From Eledone cirrhosa (taxonomy: Eukaryota): a DNA stretch of 64,000 bases. Within the stretch, counting starts at the first letter, position 1; each line of letters begins with the position of its first letter. A program made the translations under genes and the position numbers. The stretch lies in assembly GCA_964016885.1 (NCBI GenBank), contig OZ024743.1, positions 314,960,001 through 315,024,000 on the forward strand, in the 5' to 3' direction. Of the stretch, positions 14,604 to 28,665 are shown one piece after another. Under the pieces are notes generated by a model that searched no databases, was not told where the DNA came from, and worked only from the letters and a program-made list of their open reading frames with translations.

Positions 14604-15134
14604 GGACCTACGTTATTTTGGCCCTAAATTCTTCCAGAGAATGATAGAGAGTGAAAGAAATAGACAGAGGAAGCATTGAACTAGAACAAGACTGGTACTT
14701 TTTCATGGACCTGGAATGGATGAAAGGCAAGGTTGATCTCACCGGGATTTAGACTCAGAGAGCAGAAAACTGAAACAAATACCACAAACTATTCTATACA
14801 ATGGTCTAACGACTCTGCCATTTCGTCGTCTATTTATATGAAATATGTTATTAATGTCATTTTAATTTCATATATAAAATTTCAATAAAATTTACTAAAA
14901 TAAATAAATGTTACCTCCGTTTGCATGTTAGGACTCTTATACATTTCATCTCTTTTAACTAGCTAAAAGAAATTTAATTTAAATATAAACGTTATTTAAG
15001 CATGAATTCCAAACGTGTAACTTTAATTATCTTATATAATTTAAATTTATGCCATAAAATATATCACGTGCTTCATACAGTAAAGTATAATTCTCTTCAC
15101 TAACTTTGGATATATTTTCAAAAATTGGTATAAT

Positions 15135-15600
15135 TTAACATATCCGAGTTCTAAACTTCTGTATGGCTAGACTGAAAATCAGTCCTGTAAAAAATGAGAT
15201 ACTTTTCCTCGAAAGAGAGCCTGTGCAGTGCACTCTGTATGTGATTAGAGTTCCACAGAAACAGACGGAGAAGTTCAAGTATCTCGGAACCATTCTCATG
15301 AATGATGAAATGCAGGAGACTGAACTAAGTGCAATAATTGCAGGTGCTGAAGCAATAATGCGCCAGCTTCGACATTCGATAATCAGAAAAAGAGAGGTAG
15401 GTACAAAAGCAGAACTCGCTATCTTCAACTCGATATTCAACGCTTACCTATGATCATGAATTTAGTTAATGACCGAAATAATACGATCGTGAATACAAGG
15501 AGGGTGAAATAGAGTTCCTCCGAAGGGTCTTTGGTGTAACATCACACCAAGTGCCGCAAAAGCTCCGATACTGTAGGAGTTGGTGTCACTGGCCATAGTC
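15135..15600 (+). pseudogene. RTE-clade LINE fragment (C-terminal RT/thumb)
   Basis: ORF 15163..15453 reads LKISPVKNE...EKFKYLG...AELAIFNSIF, resembling RTE/Expander RT ends. Confidence 0.7.
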
Positions 15601-15917
15601 TGTAGAAATGTTTTTGCGGTTTTATCCGTGGGGTGCAGCCCCAACACCGCTGCAGCCTAGGCTCATAGCACATCACTGTTCCGTTCCCACTTTCTGTCCA
15701 ATATTTCTTTCCCCCTCCATTTCCTCTCATTTATGCCTTTCCGAATCAATTCCCCTACTTTCCAATACAGCCAGATTTGCCTTTCCTTATCCCTTCCCCA
15801 CTTTCTCATTACTTTATTGTTTCTTTTAACTTTCTTACTCATATTTATTTTATTGAAAATAAAATCCCGTGTTAAAGAAAAAATGAGCAAATTGTTAAAT
15901 AAGTAGGTCTACTCTCT

Positions 15918-16495
15918 ACTAGTCGTATACTAGTCGTATAATAGTATTATACGCATTTCCTCTCTCAAGTGTTGCAGGTCAGTTATTTTAAGTTATCTTA
16001 GATGTTCTCTTAAGTTCTCTTAGATGTGTGGAATGTATGCACCTATGTAAATGTGAACAAAGTAGGTTGATTAATGTGGGAGCTAGAGCCGAAAAAGTGG
16101 AAATTTGAGTCTAAAAGTGGTATTTTTTAATATTTAAGCGGCTGCCACGCCGTCCCTGAACAACAAATGCAAAATATAAAGCAACTACAGGATGTGGAAT
16201 GATAAATCCTATTCTGATTTTAAATTTTAACAAAATCGTTGGAAAAATGTGGGAGCTAGAACCCAAATTCTTATTTTTCGATACCTAAAAAAAGTTGACA
16301 CCCTATCGATTTTTATCTGCAGAATGACCCCGGAATAAAAACAAAAAAAGATACGCTGATATATGTAAAACACTCCCCGATGAGTAATCTATGAGCCTGT
16401 AAAGTTTCATGAAAATCGGTCGTTAGATGTAGGCCCCTATAGGTAATACACAGACACACAGAAACACACATACTCAATTGTATGGATATACAGAT
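15918..16495 (-). mobile_element. Non-autonomous Helitron-type element
   Basis: Minus strand starts A|TCTGTATAT.., passes through (TGTC)-like repeats and ACCGATTTTCATGAAACTTT, and ends with hairpin CGTATAATA/TATTATACG followed by CTAG|T. Confidence 0.6.
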
Positions 16496-16750
16496 ATTCA
16501 CGAACATGCACACGCAAATTTTGCACTATTTATGTAAGTTGCGCTATTTATCAGTTTTTTGTGTTTCTTCATTTTATATAATGCATCTGTTGTTCTTAGT
16601 TTCCTCTCGTGCTTTTTATTGCATCTATCTTGTCATGGAGATTTACATAATGGTTTATTTGTAACAGCATTTCCGTAATAATACTAAGCGCCCGTATGCA
16701 ATTCTTGTCACACAAGTGAGCTGGCCAAACACAATGGATAACTGCAATAT

Positions 16751-16793
<43 letters not shown>

Positions 16794-16847
16794 TAGATAG
16801 AAAGATAGATACATCCATACGTACATACATACAGATATATATACGTA

Positions 16848-16958
<111 letters not shown>

Positions 16959-18549
16959 CATATATATACACCCACACACATACACACACACATATATATA
17001 TATATATATGTATATATATATGAATATATATATGTATATGTATATAGTTGCATATAAATGTATGTATATGCATACATATCTTGTTATATGTGGGTGTGTG
17101 TGTGTGTGATGGCTATCTGTCCGGGTGTGTATGCGAGTGCATGTATATATTCTTAATATATATTACTTTCATTACTTAATACATTATTATAAATTCAACA
17201 TGTTCAGCCATTTTTCCTATTGATCCATTGTGCGCAGAGGAATCCAGTTTTTCAGGCCTTGACCATAAACATGCTGTGAAGTAAATATTGATGTTCTTCT
17301 GTTTGCTGTTCTGCTTAGACCAACCATAGTAACAGGAGCACATTGGTTCGATACTCGTCTTTGTTATTAGATTAGCTTGCAGGTTGTTAGTAGATAATAA
17401 AACACTAAGTAATCTATTGCATTATTCAATGCATAGAAGAAATTGTAATGAACAAAATATAATGAAACATGAAATAATTATTTGCATAATTCCATTAACA
17501 TTTAAACAGCAATAATCACCAGAGTCTGATCTATGCGAATTATAGAAGTGGCCCGATGGAATCAAAGAGGAATAAGAACAGGAACTGGAATCGATAAAGA
17601 TATTCTGAAAGAAAGGACTATATTGTCTAATGTAATTTAACTTGTAATTCTGAGTTTACTAATGGTCAGCTTCCCTATATTTGACTCACCGTGCAGTAAA
17701 TAGTAGGAAGTCTCCTTTATATGATCTTGGGGTTGGCTCCAGTAGAACTCTCTCTAATATGAGTCAGTACTGATCCGGAAAATCAACAAAACAGTTTCAA
17801 ATGCGATAAGTATCAGATACATTACTAAATGTTTCGCCATCATATTGTGCTTTAGTGTGCTAGAAATAAAAGCCAAATCACCCTCAAGTAACAGTTTATC
17901 TCATCATTTAAAGAAAGAACACATTTGAATATGTATTTCTGGATAGAAAGGTGAAGAACCGAACGTCTTTCATTCTGAAAGAGAGATTAGAGATTTGTTT
18001 TATTAAAACAGCAATGATTATTATAGAAAACAACATGATATGGTGGTGTTGATTGTGCTGCTGCTACTGCTGTTGGGTTTGCTGATAGTTCTGATGATGA
18101 AGCTAGAGTAAATTTTAGAAATGTAGTGGTAGTGGTAGTCTCAGTAGTGATTCTAATGATGTAGATAACTCATTATCATAATAATTGTTTCTACTTTAGG
18201 CACAAGGCCAGCAATTACCCAGTACATTACTGGCACTTTATGTTATCGACCCCGTAAGGATGAAAGGCAAAGTTAATCATAATAATGGTGACTGTTTTGT
18301 TCTATATATTTAACTAGTGATATTAGTAGTAGTAGTGGTGTTGATGGAGATGTATATCGTGAACGGGTAGTTGATAATGGCAGGGGCAATTATCTTGTTT
18401 AATACCACGCCAGGTCTAATGGAGCGTACCTGTAAGCAAAGTTATTCAATCTGTGGCCATCACATCAATCTACGTGTAGATGTCAAGAATTACACAATGT
18501 TAGTAAAGTACATATGACCAATACAAACGCTGCCACACGCACGCTCACA

Positions 18550-18622
<73 letters not shown>

Positions 18623-21600
18623 GGTGATGTGTGTTTGAGTGTGGGATATCCTTGAAAGACCATGGTGGGGACATGTATATATGTACATGAATACATTAGT
18701 ACAGCAAGCACCAACAAGTTAGTAAATCAATGTAGACTGTCATGCATGACCTGAGAAATAATTCTGCTACACATTCTTTAATACAACTATCTTTTGTTAG
18801 TTATATATATATATTCCAATATTTTCATATATTCATTTTAAAAAAACATTGATTCACTGCTAGATATATAATTAATAGATTAATGGTCAACCAGGCATGA
18901 GATCCGTTTAATAGTTTGCCATAATGAACCAACGGAATAATCATTTGATTTCACCGCCAGTTAGTCTGTTGTAGTTTGCTATTAATATATATATATATAT
19001 ATTGCCAGAGCACTTGAAATGTACTTTAAAGCAAAAATCAACACTGTGTTATTAAGTCTGTGTAGAATGTCAGACATAAACACAGATCTACCACCATTTG
19101 TTTAAACTTCACTCCGGTTTTATCAGTTATATTTTCTGATAATTTTCTGAATTAAATTTGAATCTTGGTTCAAGACTAAATGGTTTCTTGATGGCCTTCA
19201 TCATCAACGAGAAATGCAATAAAGTGGAGAGTATCATCTTGCGACCTCGGAGAGAAACAGCTCTAAAAACATATTTTACAATTCGGCTACAGTTTGTCAA
19301 TTCCATCTTACCATTATTTCCATATATTAATTGATCGATATTGATTAGTCATTAGATATGGATTTTAGGGCAGTAATTACCCAAGAATTACAACTTCAAT
19401 GTAGAGTTTATTCATACAAGGACACGAAATCTGTATTACCACATATTTCGAAATTTCGCTGCAGTTTATCAGTTTAATCAATGGTATTTTCAAATATTTT
19501 CAAAATTAGTTCATCACAATTGGCTGAAGGGTAGATATTCACTTTAGAGCAGTAATCAAAAATGAGGCTTTAATCGACATAGACCTATTTTATACTAACC
19601 AAGTGTAACCATTCTAATGGTACGGTATGGATCTGTCATTCCTGGTGGAGACATAAGTTCTGACATACGGCGTTTCTTAAGGTATTATTTTAAAATCTAG
19701 TGAGCCTATCACCTATCCATCAGATTTCTTTCAGAGAGAGATAAAGAATGAGAGCAAGAGAATGAGAAAGCAATATAGAAGAATTGTCGACAACACAGGT
19801 ATTTTTGTTTTATCGATATGGAATGGATGAAACTCAAAGATGACCCCGGCGAGATTTGAACTGACAGAACAGTGAGCCGGAACGCAAATCACTCTATCAG
19901 AAGTTCCAACCACTCTGCCAATTCGCTCTATAGGAGGAAGTGACATTGTGAGATTGGTTCCTTTGTGTTCGGACCTAGTGTACATGCATATATTTATTTA
20001 CCGCACGAGAAATCCAGCTATCTATCAACATCACGGCCAACTGCACTACGGAACGCTCGAGAACGTCCATCCATTATTTCTACTCCTCCTGAAATTTACG
20101 TATGGTCTTCAGTTGCATTTTATGATATTTTCAAATATTAATTTATTAACATTGGGTACTATTTGCTATGTACTCACCAACAGTCATGAAATCAAGATTT
20201 ATTTGTGCTAGAATAGAGAAATAGCTCTAACATCATATTTTAATATTCGCCTACGGTGGGTAACTGACAAGTCAACTCTCACCGTCGGATGGTTAGATCT
20301 TCCACTCGCTTTGTGGGCGTGAGATGTCTTCTATAGTGAAAATGGGTATCAATTTCATTCTATAAAATCTCCCCATCTTTTCTCATTTCGCTCCGTCTTG
20401 TGGAACCTTTTTTCGTGGTACTCCCCGTTTTGAGTTTTTAGAAGTTTGGAAGTCTGGGGTAAGTTGTATTTCTCTATATTTTATATATCCATATATTGCA
20501 ATTTATCAGTATTGACTAATCAGTAGATATGTACTTTATGGCATTAATACCCAGCGATGCATTGAATCAGTGCAGACCATGGTCATGCTTTGCCAGAGGT
20601 AAACATTTGTGTCGCCATTGTTTCAATTCACCTCCGGGTTAACAGTAATTGCTTTTCCGATATTTTACATTTCAGATTTGTGATCTTTTCATTTTTTCCT
20701 GTTTTATATTCTATTTTTCCCTATCTCCCTATTCACTACATCTGTGTTGTGTCTACGGCTACTTATCAATATATGAAGTGACAAGAGGGAGTTATCGATA
20801 TAGTTAATTAGTAAATAGATCAATCAAAGTGTGAGATATGATCACTCAATTGATATATATATATACATACGCGCTTAGTATTGACGACTACGAGAACGAG
20901 TACTCAATAACATTGTAAAGATTAACATTTTCTTCATTATGGACTTATGGACACATTTGAATCGTATTGTTCTGGATGTTTCTCTTGTATTCTCACAGAA
21001 TCGTAAGAAAATGTAGTTATGTCTAATGACCCAAAGTAGGGTTCCTAAGTAACCAGATTCAACCACTCGGCCTTAATAAAAGAAACTAGGCACATTATAT
21101 ATACATATATGTATATATATATATGTGTTTGTGGATGAGTGTTTATGTGCGGATATATGTGTCTATGTGCGTTTGTGGGTTTGTGTGCGGATATGTGTGT
21201 GTCTGTGTATAAGTGTAAACTTAATTTGATTATTGTAGCTAACACAATCCCCATGCTGAACTCATTAATATGGTTAATATTTCCGAGCGGAGATTAAAAC
21301 ATTCCTTCTGATATATGTGCATACATATAAACACATACACATGCATACATACACACACACGCGTGTGCGCACGCACATACACACGTAATCACATACGTAC
21401 ACGAACATATATATATGTATACATTGTGTATGAATAAACATGAATAAAATAATGTTATCAGTAAATTAGTAGATTAAATTACATATAAACTCACACATAC
21501 ACACACGAACACACACACAGGCACACGCACACACACCCATACACACACACAAACACACACACACACACATACACACACACACGGACTCGAATATATATAT

Positions 21601-22407
21601 ATATGTAGATACTGTGTAGATTAAATTACATATATTGCTATGGTTCTGTGATTTCAAGTTTAGTTCTTTTATTTGAGAGATAAGGCAAGTGTATTCTACT
21701 ATACAATCTGGTTGAACAATGTCTGCTAGTGGAAATTGAAGTTGATGATTGTGCAGAATCCTGTCGTTCATACGACTATGAAGAGGTGATGCTAGCACAG
21801 TGAAATCTTGTATGTAATTATTTCAACTAGTCTTATTAATAACTGCATGGTTTCTTTATGGGGATTATGTTGCAAAATAAACCTAATTTGGTGAATCCAT
21901 GAGACTATATTGGTCAGCATTTGAACATCTCAGCCGACCCTTGTTTATGAAACTGGTGTGAATTAAACTCAGGACGTAAACAATTGAAACACATAGAGCA
22001 GCATATTTTTCTCGACACTCTAACGATACGTTCAGTATATCGCTTCCTGCTGATGCTACTTACTGAAAACTATTCATAGTTGTCTGTACCTTCTTACGTT
22101 GCTAGGATACGTGCTTTCTTATATAGCCACAGTGCATTCTCTGGGTTGCTTCTTAATTCTGTCTCTCTGATTTTCAATCTATCTAACCGTCTTTCTCTAT
22201 CTCTCTTAATTTTACTTTATTTGAAGTATCATCAACAACAATAGGAACCAACGACAACATTTACTAAAAACACACTCAAATACAATAAGACATTGATTAA
22301 CGAAATATTAGGATCAACTAAAAAAAAAATGGAGTTATTGATTGTTGCTATGGATTTTTAGATGGCACACGTATATATATATATATATATATATAATTCT
22401 CTCTCTT

Positions 22408-22531
<124 letters not shown>

Positions 22532-22619
22532 AGAGATATATGTGTACATATATACAAATACGATAACATCAAATTATATGGTAAGGAGACAAATAATAAT
22601 AATGTTATTTTTTAAATTC

Positions 22620-23365
22620 TCACGCACGGACAACATCCTGGGAGGTAAAAGTCGAATGTATAAACTTTAATACTTGACTATTCTCATATATATTTGATCC
22701 TGCGAGGAGGAACGAAAAATTTGATCTCAGAATGTAAAGAAACGAAATAAATAAACCGCGAGTCATTTTCTCTGACATTCTGAGGATTCTGCTAATAATG
22801 ATGATTTGAACACAGAAGCTGAAGGGACATAAACTCTATGCTGCAAAGCATGTGGTCCGACGTTCTATCGATACTGCAAATCCACCCCTCCTATAAATTT
22901 CCAATAATGGTTTCTTATATAGGCACAAGGCCAGCAATTTTGGGGGAGGAGAAAGTCGAGTAAATCGACCCCAATATGTGACTGGTACTTTATTTTACCG
23001 ACCCGTAAGTATGACAGTTAAAGCTAACTTCAGCGGAATTTGGACTCAGATATTAAAGGACCGTAAATCTATGCCACGGAGCATGGTGTCCTACGCTCTA
23101 CTGATACTGCCAATCCACCGCCATAAATTACTGCTACAATTAATAAAGGTTTCTAGTATAGGCAGAAGGCCAGTAATTTGGGAGGAGAGGAAAGTCGATT
23201 AAAACGAGAACAGTACGCTACTGGTACTTTATTTTACCGACCCCGTAAGTATGAAAGTCAAAGCTAACCTCGTCGGGATTTGATCTCAGGTTTTAAAGGA
23301 CCGTAAATCTATGCCACAAAGCATGGTGTCGGACGCTCTACCGATACTGTAAATCCACTGCAATA
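22620..23365 (-). mobile_element. Cluster of S1 SINE copies; two near-complete tandem copies at about 22910-23125 and 23148-23365
   Basis: Reverse complement of the S1 head, core and tail. Other minus-strand copies at about 14640-14830, 18183-18275, 19780-19930, 24245-24420 and 63720-63775. Confidence 0.8.
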
Positions 23366-24462
23366 AATTACTACTACTACTAATAATAATAATTGTAAAA
23401 CAAAGTAGATGTGAAAGAATGAGATAGAGAAAACCTTCTGCTATAATTGTTGTGATAGAAAGAGAGAAACAACAATAGAAATTGAAAATAGAACAAAAGA
23501 GAAGATGAAAATAGTAATTGAAGAAGAATGAGATCTATATAAAGAGACGGATAGATTAGATATAGTCTGTGAGAGAGAGGGGAGGAGAGAGAGGTGGTGT
23601 GGTGGAGAGAAAACATAGGCAGGGATAACATTCAGCAAAAATACGGGATCTTTGAATATGTACATCATTGAGTAGAAAGTGTATTGAATGAGAGCTTTCT
23701 TTTAAATGTCTGTTGTTTACAGACTTGCGTATTATTGTAGTCAGGCAAGGTTTCTATGGTAACATTGCTTTCTTTAAACAGTTAGCTTTCCAAATATGGT
23801 GTCCATAGAAGAATGATACTACAAACAAATATATAGCTTCGAGTAGAAAATAAGGACATATTGGCGATTCTTTTGTTTTCTTAGTCTGTGTTAGTACGTG
23901 TGTGCGTGTTCGTGTCAGTGTGTATGTGTGTGTGTGCGCGAGTGCGAGTGTACATGCGTATATTTTCATGTGTTTGAGTTATTCTCTAAAAATATGAACT
24001 TTGTTTGTTTATTTACGATGTATTTTTTTCTTTCGCATTCTTTTATATCTAATTTCTTGTATTCATATAAAACGTACTGTAGGCCCCATTAAATAATAAC
24101 AATAATTTTAAGAAGTTATAATAAAAGAGATTATAAAAGAATGCTGCTCATTTTAGAACAGGTTTTGTTGTCCGATGTGCGTTTTAAATATACCTGCCAC
24201 AGCATAACAACCGTGTAACAACAATATCTTTCATGATAATTTATTTTCTGATTTAGGCAAAAGGCAAACAATTTTGGGGGCGGGGAATATCGATTAAATC
24301 GACCCCAGTGCGTTACTGGCACTATAATCTATTGATCCCGTGAGCATGAAAGACAAATCTAACCTCGGTGGGATTTAAAGTAGAAGGGCGTAATTCTAAC
24401 CGTACGATACCTTTCATAATAATGGTTTCTGAATGATGCTTCATCAAATAAATAAATGTTTG

Positions 24463-24496
<34 letters not shown>

Positions 24497-24593
24497 GGGC
24501 GAGAAGAATACTGCTGGTTGCACATGGATAACATGTTATAAAATGAGTCCCTCATCAGTGATTTACCAAACGATCATGGGTATTTCATCGCAT

Positions 24594-24626
<33 letters not shown>

Positions 24627-24629
<3 letters not shown>

Positions 24630-24855
24630 TAGTTCCACAACAGTTAGTTCACCATACCGAGAACAAATGTTTCACCTTATTCGCATTCTCAGCTAGGTCT
24701 AACTGAAGTTGTATGGACCGAGATGATGATCCGAATAAAGTGAAACACTTTCTCTCGGTATGGTGAACTAACTGTTGTGGAACTGCTTCTACTAAACTCG
24801 TCCCATGGACTGAGCGCTCTACTGCTACGGATATAAACCACCAGTGTTCTACTAT
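24627..24855 (+). mobile_element. Fold-back pLTR-like island with a hammerhead motif at 24717-24759
   Basis: Inverted arms 24628-24683 and 24732-24787. Motif ACCGAG aUGAUGA UCC GAAUAA AGU GAAAC ACUU UCU CUCGGU has a perfect 6-bp stem I. The other arm preserves GGU GAAAC AUUU GUU CUCGGU. Flanked by (TA)n. Confidence 0.65.
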
Positions 24856-25193
24856 TATATATATATATGCAAAAGCACCGACAAAAACATAACAGTTAGG
24901 ATAGAATCTAAGGAAAAAAACCACGGCAATCTTAGAATTAAAGAAGCACTGATAAAAGACAAAACGCAACCACCAATCAATAACAGACTAGAACTCAACA
25001 CCCAATTTTTAACATCATAGAGCACCTAGCCCCACACTTACAGCTCTACGTATCCCCTCTCATATACACGCACGCACAAGCACACACACACACACGCCTA
25101 CACCTCCGCTTATTCTGTCTCTCATACACACACAAAGACCAGTTTTAACATGATAGAGCATCTAGCCCCCACATTTCCATATATACATATCTG

Positions 25194-25284
<91 letters not shown>

Positions 25285-25608
25285 ACACGCACGTTCGCGC
25301 ATACTTACACCTTCACGTTTTCTCCCACACACTTAAACATACATGTACAAAACCCCTTTTAAAGGGAGACAACTCTTTATCCACCTAACCTTCACTCTTT
25401 GACATTAGAAATAGAATGGAATCTCTATACCATTTCCTGTCAGCATGACTTGGCAAGCTAATTAGAACACTCCGAAGAAGAGATATTGTCTCGAAAATGA
25501 TTATTCAAATAAATTTAAGGTAATAGACTAATTGTCAACAATATCTTTTGCATTTGTATTTATATTCTATATCATCCATACCTGCATTGTTTTGGCCTTC
25601 CAACTCCA

Positions 25609-25666
<58 letters not shown>

Positions 25667-25690
25667 TGTGTGTGTGTGTGTGTGTGTGTG

Positions 25691-26168
25691 TACGTATACA
25701 TACTTATATTTAAGTATCAGCCGTACTAGGAGCGAGAAATGATATTTCATATTTTTCCATTTATCGTTTTCGGTATACCCGGCCGACTAACTCACTCGAT
25801 ATGCAAATTAGGTTGCTCAGCCCCTAATATACTTTCAAACGTTCAATCAACTGACGGGAATGTGATGATGACAGCTATTAAGCTAGAAACTAGTTCATCG
25901 TTCCTTTGTCAGTGTTGAACAAAATGGCAACAATAGTTGCCGAACACTGTACGGCTAATAATTCGGGCTGTTTATTTACAAACAAACGGAGCATTATAAT
26001 AAATGTTAGGTAACCCCATACGTACATATATCTACATGTGTGCATGTACGTATGTATATACATACTACTGTACGTCTGTATACATATATATATATGTACG
26101 TATACATACTTATATTTAAGTATCAGCCGTACTAAGAGTGAGAAATGATATTTCATTTTTTCCATTTA
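25691..26168 (+). mobile_element. Second R1 retrozyme-like copy, about 1.2 units of a 406-bp monomer
   Basis: Terminal direct repeat 25691-25763 matches 26097-26168. Hammerhead-like GUG aUGAUGA CAGCUAUUAAGCUA GAAAC UA GUU CAU at 25862-25898. Confidence 0.7.
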
Positions 26169-26408
26169 TATATATACATATATATATATATGTGTGTGAA
26201 TGAAGTAATTCCGTCGGAAAGGTCCAGGAAAAAAGAGAGCTCTATGTAGGTTACAGAGCTTATTAATTTATCGAAGCATATTCTATATTACATATATGAT
26301 TGGTACTTTCCAGCCCGATTAGTTGAGCACTCTACAGTTTTCAGGAATTTAACCAACATACACCATTGTTTATTACATACCTATATATATATATATATAT
26401 ATATAGAT

Positions 26409-26494
<86 letters not shown>

Positions 26495-26755
26495 CGGTAG
26501 AGTATCGTGAGAGAGAGGAAGCGTTATACAAAGAGACGATATAGATAATTAATTGCCATAAGCAGGTGCGTTTGTGCTCAATGCTTGTGCAGGCAAGGTT
26601 AAACATTAGAAGGCTTAATATTTAGTGTGCGAATTTAAGCAGACCAATTATAATCGAAGAAATTAAAGAAAGAGATGCAGACCGTTAAAATATATTTATA
26701 AGAAGCTCTTATAAATATATTTTAACGGTATACTTCTCATTCTTAAATTTCTTCC

Positions 26756-26802
<47 letters not shown>

Positions 26803-26849
26803 AATGAATAATAACAGGTAGACATCATAAAAAGGTAATTTATTCCGTG

Positions 26850-26961
26850 TGCTTACAAGTGTTTCCACGGTGGTACTGCAGCCTAGTTATGCTATGTGCA
26901 AATTCACAAGTACTTGCAGAACTCAAATATCCAATGCTGTGACCACTGTTTCCTCAGAGCA
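26850..26961 (-). ncRNA. Type I hammerhead motif with extended stem II (inverted copy)
   Basis: Reverse complement of 27685-27796. Confidence 0.65.
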
Positions 26962-27684
26962 GAATGGTAAAATGTACAATGTAAATACCCTTAAGTGGGG
27001 TTGTTGGGGAAGATAGAGTAGAAAAGGAAGAGAGAAAAGTAGGGAAGAGGGAGAGAGAAAGAAAGATATGCAGGGGTTGGAGAAATAGGAGAGAGTGGCT
27101 TGTAGATATCTTAATCAAAATGTTATGGTAGGGGTTTTATTATACTGGTTACTTTTGGAGAGATGCGTTGATAGTTAAGGTCGGAGTTATTTATTGCCCC
27201 AGAGGGCATGTTCATAGATGTTGAGAGGGAGGTAGGCCAAAGGCGAGAGAGATAGAGTGTAATGGATGTAGAGAGAGAGAGGTAGAGAGGGGACAGACGA
27301 GTTTGTGTGGTGAGTGAACTTTGGGTTTGTAGTAGTAATCTAGGAATTGCACTGAGTTACCATGTATAGTGATAAGCAGTGTATTGTCTTGTAGTGTGGG
27401 GGGAAGAGAAGGTTGTTAGCTAGAAAGCGGTGTTATAGTTACCGGTTCGAATGTTATGCTATTTTATAGTGAGAGAATTTAGCTTTTAGTTTGTGGTTGC
27501 AGTATAATAAAACCCTACCATAACATTTTGATTAAGATATCTACAAGCCACTCTCTCCTATTTCTTCAACCCCTGCATATCTTTCTTTCTCTCTCCCTCT
27601 TCCCTACTTTTCTCTCTTCCTTTTTTACTCTATCTTCCCCAAGAACCCCACTTAAGATTATTTACATTGTACATTTTACCATTC

Positions 27685-27796
27685 TGCTCTGAGGAAACAG
27701 TGGTCACAGCATTGGATATTTGAGTTCTGCAAGTACTTGTGAATTTGCACATAGCATAACTAGGCTGCAGTACCACCGTGGAAACACTTGTAAGCA
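27685..27796 (+). ncRNA. Type I hammerhead motif with extended stem II
   Basis: UGCU CUGAGGA A ACAGUGGU...ACCACCGU G GAAAC ACUU GUA AGCA. Stem I UGCU/AGCA, GUA cleavage triplet, followed by AATAAA. Confidence 0.65.
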
Positions 27797-27990
27797 CACT
27801 GAATAAATTACCTTTGTATGATCTCTACCTGTTATTATTCATTCTTTATATACACTCCGGAATACAGAAGGATCAGGAACTAAGTTTCTTCAACAATTCT
27901 TCCATAACTCGTAGAGTAACCTCTTACCGTACGTCAACCATATCCAGTGTAGTAATTAACCATTACTACATCTTGGATAATCCTATACCT

Positions 27991-28072
<82 letters not shown>

Positions 28073-28617
28073 GTTTGGAGTTGGAAGGCCAAACAATGCA
28101 GGTATGGATATAGAATATAAATACAAATGCAAAAGATATTGTTGACAATTAGTCTCTTACCTTAAATTTATATATACTTCAACGAGACAACAAACACAGG
28201 TACAAAAATTCTTATTTTTTCACACTTTATACTGAAAATGGGAAAGAAATTTCGACATATCGGACAAAAGCCCTTCTTGTGGAGTACAAATTAGAAACAG
28301 GATCACATAGGAAAAACGGAAAGAAGGCCCAGTATCCCCCCCCCCCAAAATAAAAATGAAAATGAAGATGAAAAACCAGACAACCGTTATGTGGTCTTAT
28401 ATATATATGTATGTACGTGTGCCTGTGTATGTTTCTGAGTGTGTATGTGTAGGGGGTGTATATATATGTATGTGCGTCTATACATATGAGCGTGTGCGTA
28501 TGTAATTTATTGTGTATGTTTATATCTTACGGAAGTTTTTACCCAAGTTTCACTCACCCACTTTTCATTCTTACTATGTGTATCTATGTATATATATGTA
28601 AGCATCTTTCTCTTTCA

Positions 28618-28665
<48 letters not shown>

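Larger units (their letters stand above)
26797..27995. mobile_element. Tail-outward inverted pLTR pair (arms of about 350 bp) embedded in (TA)n
   Basis: 26797-27147 is the near-identical reverse complement of 27500-27851, and each arm carries a hammerhead motif. Confidence 0.8.

Noticed and set aside
19100-20540. Two diverged similar segments (about 19240-19320 and 20200-20285); similarly 59180-59285 versus 63895-64000
   Set aside because: Probably old fragments of unclassified repeats, with no termini or coding motifs I could support.
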